DNA of 20,000 nucleotides from the IMG/VR virus record IMGVR_UViG_3300005095_000031. One strand, written 5' to 3'. Positions 13,492 through 20,000 of the stretch are shown in pieces. The notes under the pieces are model-generated. The model was not told the origin of the DNA and made no database searches. It saw nothing but the letters and a program-made list of their open reading frames with translations. A program made the position numbers and the translations under genes. Position 1 is the first letter of the stretch; each line of letters starts with the position of its first letter. This DNA comes from an uncultured virus (IMG/VR IMGVR_UViG_3300005095_000031). Lineage: Duplodnaviria > Heunggongvirae > Uroviricota > Caudoviricetes.

Positions 13492-13583
13492 TGGTACCTC
13501 TGGCAGGATTCGAACCTGCATCAGCCGCTTATCTGGCGCTGACGGAGTATAAACCCGCTGCTTTACCGTTAAGCTACAGAGGT
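13492..13583 (-). tRNA. tRNA-Ile(UAU) with long variable arm
   Basis: ACCTCTG/CAGAGGT acceptor. GCGGG TT TAT AC TCCGT. Variable arm CAGCGC CAGATAA GCGGCTG. A73, CCA. Confidence 0.88.
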
Positions 13584-13634
13584 ATTAAGATATGGTGCAC
13601 CCTGCAGGACTCGAACCTGCGACCTATCGCTTAG

Positions 13635-14235
13635 CTTCCAGCATCATGTTTCCATGACCACCAAAAAAGCTTGGCTTGCTGGCTGGACCATTTCTTCACC
13701 ATTCCAGGTGGACTGCGTATGGCCTCTACGGTTCCTAATTGTCTTTAGTTACCTCGGAGTTGTCGTGTGACCTATACTCACTTACGAGATTCTCCGATAT
13801 AGCAGTCTCCACTTCATGTGTTATTCCGTTCAATTGTATAAAACGAGAAAACTTGCCCCTACAAGATGAACTACAGCATGTGTATCTAGTATTCTTTGAC
13901 AAAAATGTTTGACTACGTTCTCTATGGAATTCTTCTCCACATTGAGGACATTTCAGGATACACATCTTTCTTCCCGTTGAGGAATGTCTTCTTGCGTGCT
14001 CTGATTGACAAGTTAATTCAAGGTTGTCAATACAGTTGTTCTTCTTGTTTCCATCTACATGATGAACAATCTCACTTGCATCGAGAAGTCTTCCTAGGTG
14101 ATTCTCCATTATGATTCTGTGATGAAGAACATACCCGTGCTTTGTTGCGTTTGGGTGTCCTTTAACAACAGCGTAATCGTAGTCACCTTTCTTGACAATC
14201 TTCTCGATGTTCCACATGAAGGCTCCTTTAAGTTA
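13635..14235 (-). mobile_element. Group I self-splicing intron (601 nt) carrying an HNH endonuclease gene
   Basis: Exon ends in U and intron ends in G. P3 GACTGC/GCAGTC (13802-13807/13711-13716), P4 TCGGAG/CTCCGA (13792-13797/13754-13759), P6 GGT/ACC, P7 GGCCAT/ATGGTC, P8 CACC/GGTG, J8/7 AAGAA, P9 CATG-GAAA-CATG. Confidence 0.88.
13735..14217 (-). CDS. Intron-encoded HNH homing endonuclease with C-terminal zinc finger
   Basis: VHHVDGNKKNNCIDNL...H HNH motif. CPQC...CSSSC. AAAGGAG SD at 14223-14229. Confidence 0.9.
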   Translation of the reverse strand: MWNIEKIVKKGDYDYAVVKGHPNATKHGYVLHHRIIMENHLGRLLDASEIVHHVDGNKKNNCIDNLELTCQSEHARRHSSTGRKMCILKCPQCGEEFHRERSQTFLSKNTRYTCCSSSCRGKFSRFIQLNGITHEVETAISENLVSEYRSHDNSEVTKDN

Positions 14236-14286
14236 AAGGCGATTGCTCTATCCAACTGAGCTAAGAGTGCAAAATGCTTAACAAAA

Positions 14287-14361
14287 TGGCTCCGGATGCT
14301 GGATTCGAACCAGCGACCAAGCGGTTAACAGCCGCCTACTCTACCGCTGAGCTAATCCGGA
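14287..14361 (-). tRNA. tRNA-Asn(GUU)
   Basis: GGCGG CT GTT AA CCGCT, G73, CCA. Confidence 0.95.
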
Positions 14362-14416
14362 ATGATAAGCACGTCATACTATTGACTTAGTTTTTGTCAT
14401 TACTTATATAGAAAAA

Positions 14417-14505
14417 TGGCAGAGAGCAGCGGTCCCGACCCGCATGCGATAAAAACGCACCAACGGCTTAGCAGGCCGTGCCTGGCCCCGCCAGGTTTGC
14501 TCTCT
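14417..14505 (-). tRNA. tRNA-Ser(GCU) with non-canonical 8/4 fold
   Basis: 8-bp acceptor AGAGAGCA/TGCTCTCT, 5-bp D-stem CCTGG/CCAGG, ACGGC CT GCT AA GCCGT, variable arm, 4-bp T-stem GCGG GTCGGGA CCGC, G73, CCA. Confidence 0.85.
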
Positions 14506-14506
14506 A

Positions 14507-14594
14507 TGGCGGAAGTGGTGGGATTCGAACCCACGGCAGATCTCTCTGCGCTGGTTTTCAAGACCAGTGCCTTCAGCCACTCGGCCACACTTCC
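14507..14594 (-). tRNA. tRNA-Ser(UGA)
   Basis: CTGGT CT TGA AA ACCAG, long variable arm, G73, CCA. Confidence 0.95.
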
Positions 14595-14684
14595 GGAGAA
14601 ATATTAGCAGATTTTTCCTGATGTGTCCATTAGCGTTTCGGGGTCATTCGAAAAGGAAAAATCTGCCTTTGCGCACGCTTTGTG

Positions 14685-14699
14685 CAAAAATATATACCA
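14685..14699 (-). promoter_or_regulatory. Candidate promoter of the tRNA array (TGGTATATATTTTTG)
   Basis: About 90 nt upstream of the first tRNA. Matches the motif at 3088-3102 and 11993-12008. Confidence 0.4.
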
Positions 14700-14833
14700 A
14701 TAATTAATATCAAAAATACACAGATTTTCGTCCTTGTGGGAAAGCGAACTTTTTCAGAAAAATGTGGTAATTATTTTTGACGGAAAGTTAGGTGCCATTC
14801 GGCAAACAATAATAGCCACAAGGAGGCAACAAT

Positions 14834-14953
14834 ATCAAGATTTTCACCCCTGCAGTTGTTGGGTCTGTCACAAGCATTATGGCGGCAAGTGCTGCAGCGA
14901 AAACAAGAGCTGACGAAGCAGCGAGGACAATCGCAAAGGCACTGGGAAGATGA
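14834..14953 (+). CDS. Candidate 39-aa microprotein with ATC at the start position (IKIFTPAVVGSVTSIMAASAAAKTRADEAARTIAKALGR)
   Basis: AAGGAGG SD 7 nt before the ATC. In-frame TAG at 14813 blocks upstream extension. Terminator-like hairpin over the stop. Confidence 0.4.
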   Translation: MKIFTPAVVGSVTSIMAASAAAKTRADEAARTIAKALGR

Positions 14954-14975
14954 TAATTCCCGTGCCTATATTTTT
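14938..14975 (+). terminator. Hairpin plus T-rich tract after the microORF
   Basis: GGCAC.GGGAA / TTCCC.GTGCC followed by TATATTTTT. Confidence 0.5.
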
Positions 14976-15074
14976 AGGATACTTTTTTGGTATATAAAAA
15001 TGATGCAGTAAAGCATCCAACAATAACCCATTTAAAGGAAGGCGAAAGCCAATCTTTTGCAAAGGATTTCTCTT

Positions 15075-15197
15075 ATGAAAAATTTCATGAAGAGCGTCGG
15101 GAAAGTAATTTCTGACGATAGGGTTATTGTTGCGCTGGGTATTCTGCTTATAGCAATTGCGGAGTCAAAGCCCAAGAACAAAAATCACACCGGATAA
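15075..15197 (+). CDS. Candidate 40-aa membrane microprotein (MKNFMKSVGKVISDDRVIVALGILLIAIAESKPKNKNHTG)
   Basis: AAAGGA SD. Hydrophobic core VIVALGILLIAIA and basic tail. Below the ORF-track length cutoff. Confidence 0.55.
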   Translation: MKNFMKSVGKVISDDRVIVALGILLIAIAESKPKNKNHTG

Positions 15198-15206
15198 CTC
15201 CGGTGT
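15178..15206 (-). terminator. Hairpin between convergent genes, likely terminator (possibly bidirectional)
   Basis: ACACCGGA TAAC TCCGGTGT 8-bp stem. On the minus strand it is followed by GATTTTTGTT. Confidence 0.6.
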
Positions 15207-15210
15207 AATA

Positions 15211-16728
15211 TCAAACTACTTTTTTTATATCAAATTTATTTTTCTCTTTTTTGTCAAAAACAGGCTTTACTTGATGTGGTGGGAAGAAGGCATCTACTAT
15301 TCTTGCGCCAACATAAGCTGAAACAAGGTCTTCCTTATCAAGCTTCTTTTCGTCCTCTTTATCTTTTATGACACGAAGCTTTTGGTTTCTTGGCATCTTT
15401 AGAAACTCTCTTGCTTTGTGCTTTTGGTATTCTTCGTATAAAACTTTTGGAATGCTGTATGCCGCAGTAAGAGCGGCCGCCTTTGCTCCAGCACGACTAG
15501 TCCCAGCAAGCTCCCTCCCCGCAATATATCCAAATGCGGCAAGCCCGCCCTTCCTTATAAGTGAATCAGTTGTGCTACTTGATAAAATATTTTTTGCTCT
15601 AGCTTCTTCTGCAGATATTAAGTCATCACCATTCAATGAAGCCTTCTTTTCTATACCACTGCTGTTTTCTATTAGCTTTCCTAGCCCATACATTATTGCA
15701 GCTCCAGCAAGACCACCCCTAACGCCACGTTTTAAAACATCCTTCATCACACCTTTGTATGGGCTTACGCCATTTTTTGCATACCTATAACCCCTAACTA
15801 TATTTCTTGCATCTTCTGCTCTCCTCCCGCCAAAAGGGATATAGTCAGCAACATTTTTTGGAACAACTCTTCTTAGCAACTTCTCTTTCTTTGCTGAGCT
15901 TCTATTTATTTCATCTTTGTATTCTTTTAAAATTGACCCATCTTTATCAAACTTTTTAATAACTTTCCCTCCAATAAACCTCTCAGATATTGGATCTATC
16001 GCAGTATTTGCAGCAAACCCTGCAGCACCAGAAATTGCCAAATTCCTTGCTAGCCCATTCTTACTGTTATACCCAACACCTTCTTCTGCAGATTCAACAC
16101 CTCTTTCTATTGCATCGCTTGCTAGGTTTCCAGCACCGAAACTCAAGCCGAGCTTTGTCCCAGATGTTATTGCCCTTCCTTTGGCTCCACTCGCTAACGT
16201 CAAAAGTCTTCCAGCGGTTCTCCCAAGCCTGACACCTTTAAGCCCGCCATATAGTGCGCCAACAGCTGTTCCACCGACACCCCATGCCAATGCACTTTTC
16301 ACGGAATCTGAAACACTTCTATTTTTATCATCAAATACTCTGTCGCTATATTGGACATCGCCATCTGACGCTTCCTTGTATATCCTTTCTGTATTTTTTA
16401 TATATTCATTCTTTTTTCTTTTGTCTGAAAGCCACTCTCTTGCTGCCTTGGCCTGGTCAACCTTCTTGTCATTATATGCCTTTCCAGCAATAGCGCCAAG
16501 GACAGTCCCGGCCCCAACCAGAGCTGTTTCAGTCTTTGTTTTTGGTAGCCTCTTGCTCACAGATGGAAATTCACGAATAACCTTAGAAGCCAGAGAAGAT
16601 GATAATGCCCCCTTGAATGCCCCCTCTGCTACAGGCTCGACACTTTTTTTGTCATAATGATAGCTTGCATCATTTTTTGCCTTCTCTTCAGTAAGCAGAT
16701 CAGACACCTTCTCTTTTACATCGGACAT
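15211..16728 (-). CDS. Basic Gly/Ala-rich protein with repeated glycine-zipper-like segments; putative internal virion protein
   Basis: 505-aa ORF. Segments such as GAGTVLGAIAG, GVGGTAVGALYGGLKG, GGLAGAAIMYGLG. AAAGGA SD. Confidence 0.8.
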   Translation of the reverse strand: MSDVKEKVSDLLTEEKAKNDASYHYDKKSVEPVAEGAFKGALSSSLASKVIREFPSVSKRLPKTKTETALVGAGTVLGAIAGKAYNDKKVDQAKAAREWLSDKRKKNEYIKNTERIYKEASDGDVQYSDRVFDDKNRSVSDSVKSALAWGVGGTAVGALYGGLKGVRLGRTAGRLLTLASGAKGRAITSGTKLGLSFGAGNLASDAIERGVESAEEGVGYNSKNGLARNLAISGAAGFAANTAIDPISERFIGGKVIKKFDKDGSILKEYKDEINRSSAKKEKLLRRVVPKNVADYIPFGGRRAEDARNIVRGYRYAKNGVSPYKGVMKDVLKRGVRGGLAGAAIMYGLGKLIENSSGIEKKASLNGDDLISAEEARAKNILSSSTTDSLIRKGGLAAFGYIAGRELAGTSRAGAKAAALTAAYSIPKVLYEEYQKHKAREFLKMPRNQKLRVIKDKEDEKKLDKEDLVSAYVGARIVDAFFPPHQVKPVFDKKEKNKFDIKKVV

Positions 16729-17231
16729 TATTTTCCTTTAGATAAGCTCTTTCCTGTGGTGATAAATCCAAGTACCTCATCTGTCTTATTACCTATATTT
16801 TCAGACTTGCTTCCAATATCAGAAATTAGTTTTGCAGTAGCCAAATCAACATTTCCACCATAATCATTTGTAGTAACAAGCATACTTGAGCCAAGTTCCT
16901 TATTTGTGGCTGCCTTCGGCGCTAATGTATAGAATGCGCTCATTTGACTCATAAGCTTTTCATGTGGAACATCACGAAGCTCAGGGTGCTTCTTTTTTGC
17001 ATACGAGATCACTTCATTAAACTTATTTTTATCTGCTTTTTCATTAAAGTAGTTTGTTGCTGCACTAATTCCCTTTAGCGCAGCAGCTACAGCTATAGCA
17101 CCACCAACAGGATGCTCTATTGCCCTTAAAAAGATATCACCAGCCTTTCCGGCATTTCTAATACTTTTACCAGATAGAATATCGCTAGTATTAATAGAAG
17201 CTTTTTTATCAAGAGAGGCAAGGCCTTCCAT
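16728..17231 (-). CDS. Hypothetical protein (likely start MEGLASLDKKAS)
   Basis: AAGGA SD before the ATG at 17231. N-terminus matches the neighbouring gene. Confidence 0.8.
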   Translation of the reverse strand: MEGLASLDKKASINTSDILSGKSIRNAGKAGDIFLRAIEHPVGGAIAVAAALKGISAATNYFNEKADKNKFNEVISYAKKKHPELRDVPHEKLMSQMSAFYTLAPKAATNKELGSSMLVTTNDYGGNVDLATAKLISDIGSKSENIGNKTDEVLGFITTGKSLSKGK

Positions 17232-17329
17232 ACTTATTTCCTTTTTTATAAAATTATATCTAATTAAATCATTTTGCAATATTCAAATTTGCAGCTAACA
17301 GCTCAACCACAAATATAGAGAAGCTTCCT

Positions 17330-17740
17330 CTAAAAAATATTTTTAAGATTTGACAATCCACCGCTATATGTACTGTTTATGAGATTTCTTGAAAATTTAT
17401 TAACAGCATTCCCAGCATTTGCCACAGTGGCCTTAATCGCCTCTGGAGAAGTTCCGGATAATTTATTTGCAGCCTTCATAGCCAATTCTGGACCAACTGT
17501 CCAACCTGCAGCACTTTTCCAACTCTGGCCAGAAACCATTCCTTTTGCGAGTCCACCAACCCTTGACGCTGCAGCACTTACAGCCTTGGATGCTACTGGC
17601 TTATAGCTACTAATTACATTTTGCATTACAGGGGAAACAGCCTTTTTTGCGCTGATCAGCTTTGGAATAATATACTTTCCTGCTGTCTTTGCCGCAATTC
17701 CAATAAAAGCTTTCTTCTCAAGATCAGCTAAACCTTCCAT
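17330..17740 (-). CDS. Basic Ala/Gly-rich hypothetical protein (MEGLADLEKKAF...)
   Basis: 136-aa ORF overlapping the end of the HU-like gene. Confidence 0.8.
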   Translation of the reverse strand: MEGLADLEKKAFIGIAAKTAGKYIIPKLISAKKAVSPVMQNVISSYKPVASKAVSAAASRVGGLAKGMVSGQSWKSAAGWTVGPELAMKAANKLSGTSPEAIKATVANAGNAVNKFSRNLINSTYSGGLSNLKNIF

Positions 17741-18003
17741 GATGTAAGACCTTTTGATGGGGTAAAAGAAATATACAGTTTATCTTCTCTTTTTATAGGA
17801 GCACCGGAAAGTTTATCAACCTTCCCTCTTCTTTTCTTCATTTCAAATTTACCAATATTTTTTATATAGGCGCAATCTCCTTCATTCTCGACAGCATCCA
17901 CTATAGCGAATTGCAGTGCTTTCATAAAGGTATCAATTGTATCCTCTGGCATTCTTGTGTTCTGGGCTATTTTTTTAACAAGCTCCCTATGAGTCAATTT
18001 CAT
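17728..18003 (-). CDS. HU/IHF-family DNA-binding protein
   Basis: LTHRELVKKIA...IKNIGKFEMKKR...SGAPI...ISFTPSKGL matches the HU fold pattern. Likely start at ATG 18003 (AGGA upstream). Confidence 0.85.
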   Translation of the reverse strand: MKLTHRELVKKIAQNTRMPEDTIDTFMKALQFAIVDAVENEGDCAYIKNIGKFEMKKRRGKVDKLSGAPIKREDKLYISFTPSKGLTSWKV

Positions 18004-18052
18004 CAGAATCCTAATTCTTTGATGATATAATTGTACCAAAAAAAGACAGTCT

Positions 18053-18340
18053 ATGGATACGATACTTAAACTTCAAATATTAAAAGGTCTTGATAATAAA
18101 ATTTTTGACAGAGAAGAAGTTAATTTCCTCATGCTGTTAGTAAATAAGCTTTCCTCTATAGATGAAGCAATACGGATACTTAAAATTATAAACTTCCAAG
18201 AAGATGGAAACAAGTTTGTAGGGATTGAAGAATATGGAATATTTGAGCACGTTATTATTGGTAATTCAATAGTAAAAAAGGCAAAAGAAATAGATATTGA
18301 CACAGAAACACTAAATAGAGCGATTGGGGAGATTGAATAA
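18053..18340 (+). CDS. Hypothetical protein (95 aa)
   Basis: Divergent from HU. TGATATAAT extended -10-like site about 20 nt upstream. TAATG coupling to the next gene. Confidence 0.75.
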   Translation: MDTILKLQILKGLDNKIFDREEVNFLMLLVNKLSSIDEAIRILKIINFQEDGNKFVGIEEYGIFEHVIIGNSIVKKAKEIDIDTETLNRAIGEIE

Positions 18341-18642
18341 TGGAAAAAGATATTTCAAAAATCATAGAGGAGCAAGCAAGCGGCATAGTCAAAGCACTGG
18401 GAATGCCTGAAGTTAGAACCACGACATATGAAAAAGAAGTCAATAAAAACAAGAAGAACAAGGTCTTCAAGACAAAGGTGTTTGTCTTGATAGACGATAT
18501 ATCTGCAGAAGAGTATGCGGCATTCATGAATTATCTAATAGCAAACAATAAAACTACAGAACTAATAAGAGAAGTTGAAAACTGGACAAAAGATGGGGAG
18601 CTTGTAAGAGTTGTTGACTACATAGAAGAAGAGCCTAGCTAA
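18340..18642 (+). CDS. Hypothetical protein (100 aa)
   Basis: GGAG SD. Coupled to the upstream gene. Confidence 0.8.
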   Translation: MEKDISKIIEEQASGIVKALGMPEVRTTTYEKEVNKNKKNKVFKTKVFVLIDDISAEEYAAFMNYLIANNKTTELIREVENWTKDGELVRVVDYIEEEPS

Positions 18643-18859
18643 CATCAAGCAACGAGCTTATCTTTATGGTTGCTATATCTCCATCATATTCTCTTATCTG
18701 AAATTTATCGAATCCGACTGAAATCAACTTTCCAATCTTGAGCCCATCAAACTCAGTTGATCTAACGGCAACATCTTCTCCTCTTTCATGCTTCCTGAAA
18801 AGTAGCTCTTGATAATATCCAAAAGATGTAACCCCGTTGCCATCTTTTACTAAATCCAT
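18635..18859 (-). CDS. Hypothetical protein (74 aa), small beta-rich
   Basis: AAGGA SD. Overlaps the VRR-NUC gene end. Confidence 0.7.
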   Translation of the reverse strand: MDLVKDGNGVTSFGYYQELLFRKHERGEDVAVRSTEFDGLKIGKLISVGFDKFQIREYDGDIATIKISSLLDVS

Positions 18860-19326
18860 TTTAATATCCTTCCTGCATATAGCTTATAACCTGCGAGCTT
18901 TTCTGACACTTCCGCCCCAAGCTCTCTTACGCCAGAAACCACATCATCAAGGCTCCTTGCCAATATATACTTATATCCCCTGCTTTCAAGCATTTCTTGA
19001 AATTCTTTTTGACTATCGCTCTGTCTGCCTCCATGAGATGACTTTACTTCTATATATAATGGTATACCTATAATATATCCTTCATTATTTTCTGCGTGCA
19101 TCCACACCTCAATATCAGCTTTACCATTAATTGAATTGCACCTAACCATTCTTTTGGATGGATTCCCTCTTTTGTTTTTTCCATCGATTGAAAATTGTGC
19201 GCCGTTTACCCTGTTATGAGGTATTTTTGACTTCTTAAAAAAAGAAATTATTGACGATTGAACTTGAGACTCTGGTATTTTTATATTGCCTCGGCTTACT
19301 GTTTTCCTTCTCAATATTAAAACCAT
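18850..19326 (-). CDS. VRR-NUC domain PD-(D/E)xK nuclease (Holliday junction resolvase-like)
   Basis: ESQVQ...GKADI...YIEVKS..GRQSDSQKEF...GYKYILARSLDDV pattern. Confidence 0.85.
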   Translation of the reverse strand: MVLILRRKTVSRGNIKIPESQVQSSIISFFKKSKIPHNRVNGAQFSIDGKNKRGNPSKRMVRCNSINGKADIEVWMHAENNEGYIIGIPLYIEVKSSHGGRQSDSQKEFQEMLESRGYKYILARSLDDVVSGVRELGAEVSEKLAGYKLYAGRILKWI

Positions 19327-19691
19327 CCTTTCTTTTTTTTATTCTTATCGATATCATTATCTGAGCTTTTAATATAAGACTTCTTTTCAAGAACATACCC
19401 ATTAGCTGAACATACTCCGCATGGTGCAAAATAACTATCATCATCATTGCTTACATAGTTTGCCATCCTTTTTAAACATACAGGACATGGCATATTATGC
19501 ACAAGAACACCATCTTTAAACCCAAAAGTCTTGATTTCCAAAAGACAATTTTTGTCATTTTCTAAGCTGATATGCTTTTCTTTATTTCTTGAAAAATAAT
19601 CATCAGCTATAGCTTCTGCACTATGATTTCCTAATCCAGCAAGCCCAAGTGCAATTTCCTCCTGTGTGGCATCATTCATATTTTTAATCAT
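19317..19691 (-). CDS. Hypothetical protein with zinc ribbon (CPVC...CGVC)
   Basis: AGGAG SD. Two CxxC motifs. Confidence 0.75.
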   Translation of the reverse strand: MIKNMNDATQEEIALGLAGLGNHSAEAIADDYFSRNKEKHISLENDKNCLLEIKTFGFKDGVLVHNMPCPVCLKRMANYVSNDDDSYFAPCGVCSANGYVLEKKSYIKSSDNDIDKNKKKKGWF

Positions 19692-19739
19692 ATTCTCTCC
19701 TAAATTTGAATATAAGGCCTATATTACCATATTTTTTCT

Positions 19740-20000
19740 TTATCCTACTTCAACAATATCAGAATAATTTATTTCTCCTTTTCTTATTTTCTCTTTTAGC
19801 TCATCCATGTTTTTGACCTTTTTGACCTTATTTCTAGCTCCAATTGATGCTTTATATATCCCAAGTGTTGCGTCTTGATCTGGCAATAGCAATATGTCAG
19901 GATTTGTATAATTACTCTGATCTGTAAATAGATTCTTGCTTGGAAGAAGCTTATTCTTTACATCATCTATTGCTTTTTGCGTAACTGGAACATGCAATGA
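19740..20000 (-). CDS. Hypothetical protein, 5'-truncated by window edge
   Basis: Frame is open up to the window end. Confidence 0.7.
   Translation of the reverse strand, partial: SLHVPVTQKAIDDVKNKLLPSKNLFTDQSNYTNPDILLLPDQDATLGIYKASIGARNKVKKVKNMDELKEKIRKGEINYSDIVEVG

Larger units (their letters stand above)
13593..14270 (-). tRNA. tRNA-Arg(UCU) interrupted by a group I intron between positions 34 and 35 (exons 14236-14270 and 13593-13634)
   Basis: 5' exon GCACTCT TA GCTC AGTTGGATA GAGC A ATCGC CT T plus 3' exon CT AA GCGAT AGGTC GCAGG TTCGAGT CCTGC AGGGTGC A CCA gives a 7-nt loop with anticodon TCT. Confidence 0.9.

Noticed and set aside
11271..14217. HNH genes as free-standing insertions that destroyed the tRNAs
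   Set aside because: Both insertions retain full group I cores and U/G splice boundaries that regenerate perfect tRNAs.
11040..14600. CRISPR array or tandem repeat suggested by recurring GGATTCGAACC-like words
   Set aside because: The recurrences are tRNA T-arms with irregular spacing, and no cas genes are present.
10709..14607. Short ORFs overlapping the tRNA array other than the two HNH genes
   Set aside because: They are translations of tRNA, intron or structured-spacer sequence (e.g. MEPTVGLEPTT-type tRNA antisense frames).

Overview
This window looks like part of a large (jumbo-type) bacteriophage genome, read mostly on the minus strand. Left (1-3000): small hypothetical genes and an Rnl2-like RNA ligase. 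Middle (3300-10700): a 454-aa hypothetical and a 1919-aa acidic protein with about four Calx-beta-like repeats. 10750-14600: a minus-strand RNA array with 12 CCA-ending tRNA genes, three CCA-ending tRNA-like oddities, a candidate Y-RNA-like permuted tRNA mimic and three structured spacers. The main result is that two tRNA genes, tRNA(CAU) (probably Ile2) and tRNA-Arg(UCU), are split in the anticodon loop by group I introns. Each intron encodes an HNH/zinc-finger homing endonuclease whose reading frame runs through the ribozyme core. The array also carries an 8/4-fold tRNA-Ser(GCU) and a long-variable-arm tRNA-Ile(UAU). Right (14800-20000): two unannotated ~40-aa plus-strand microORFs, three basic Gly/Ala-rich proteins sharing a KKA motif, an HU-like protein, a VRR-NUC nuclease and hypotheticals. 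All calls come from manual reading and base-pairing by eye; no searches or folding programs were run.
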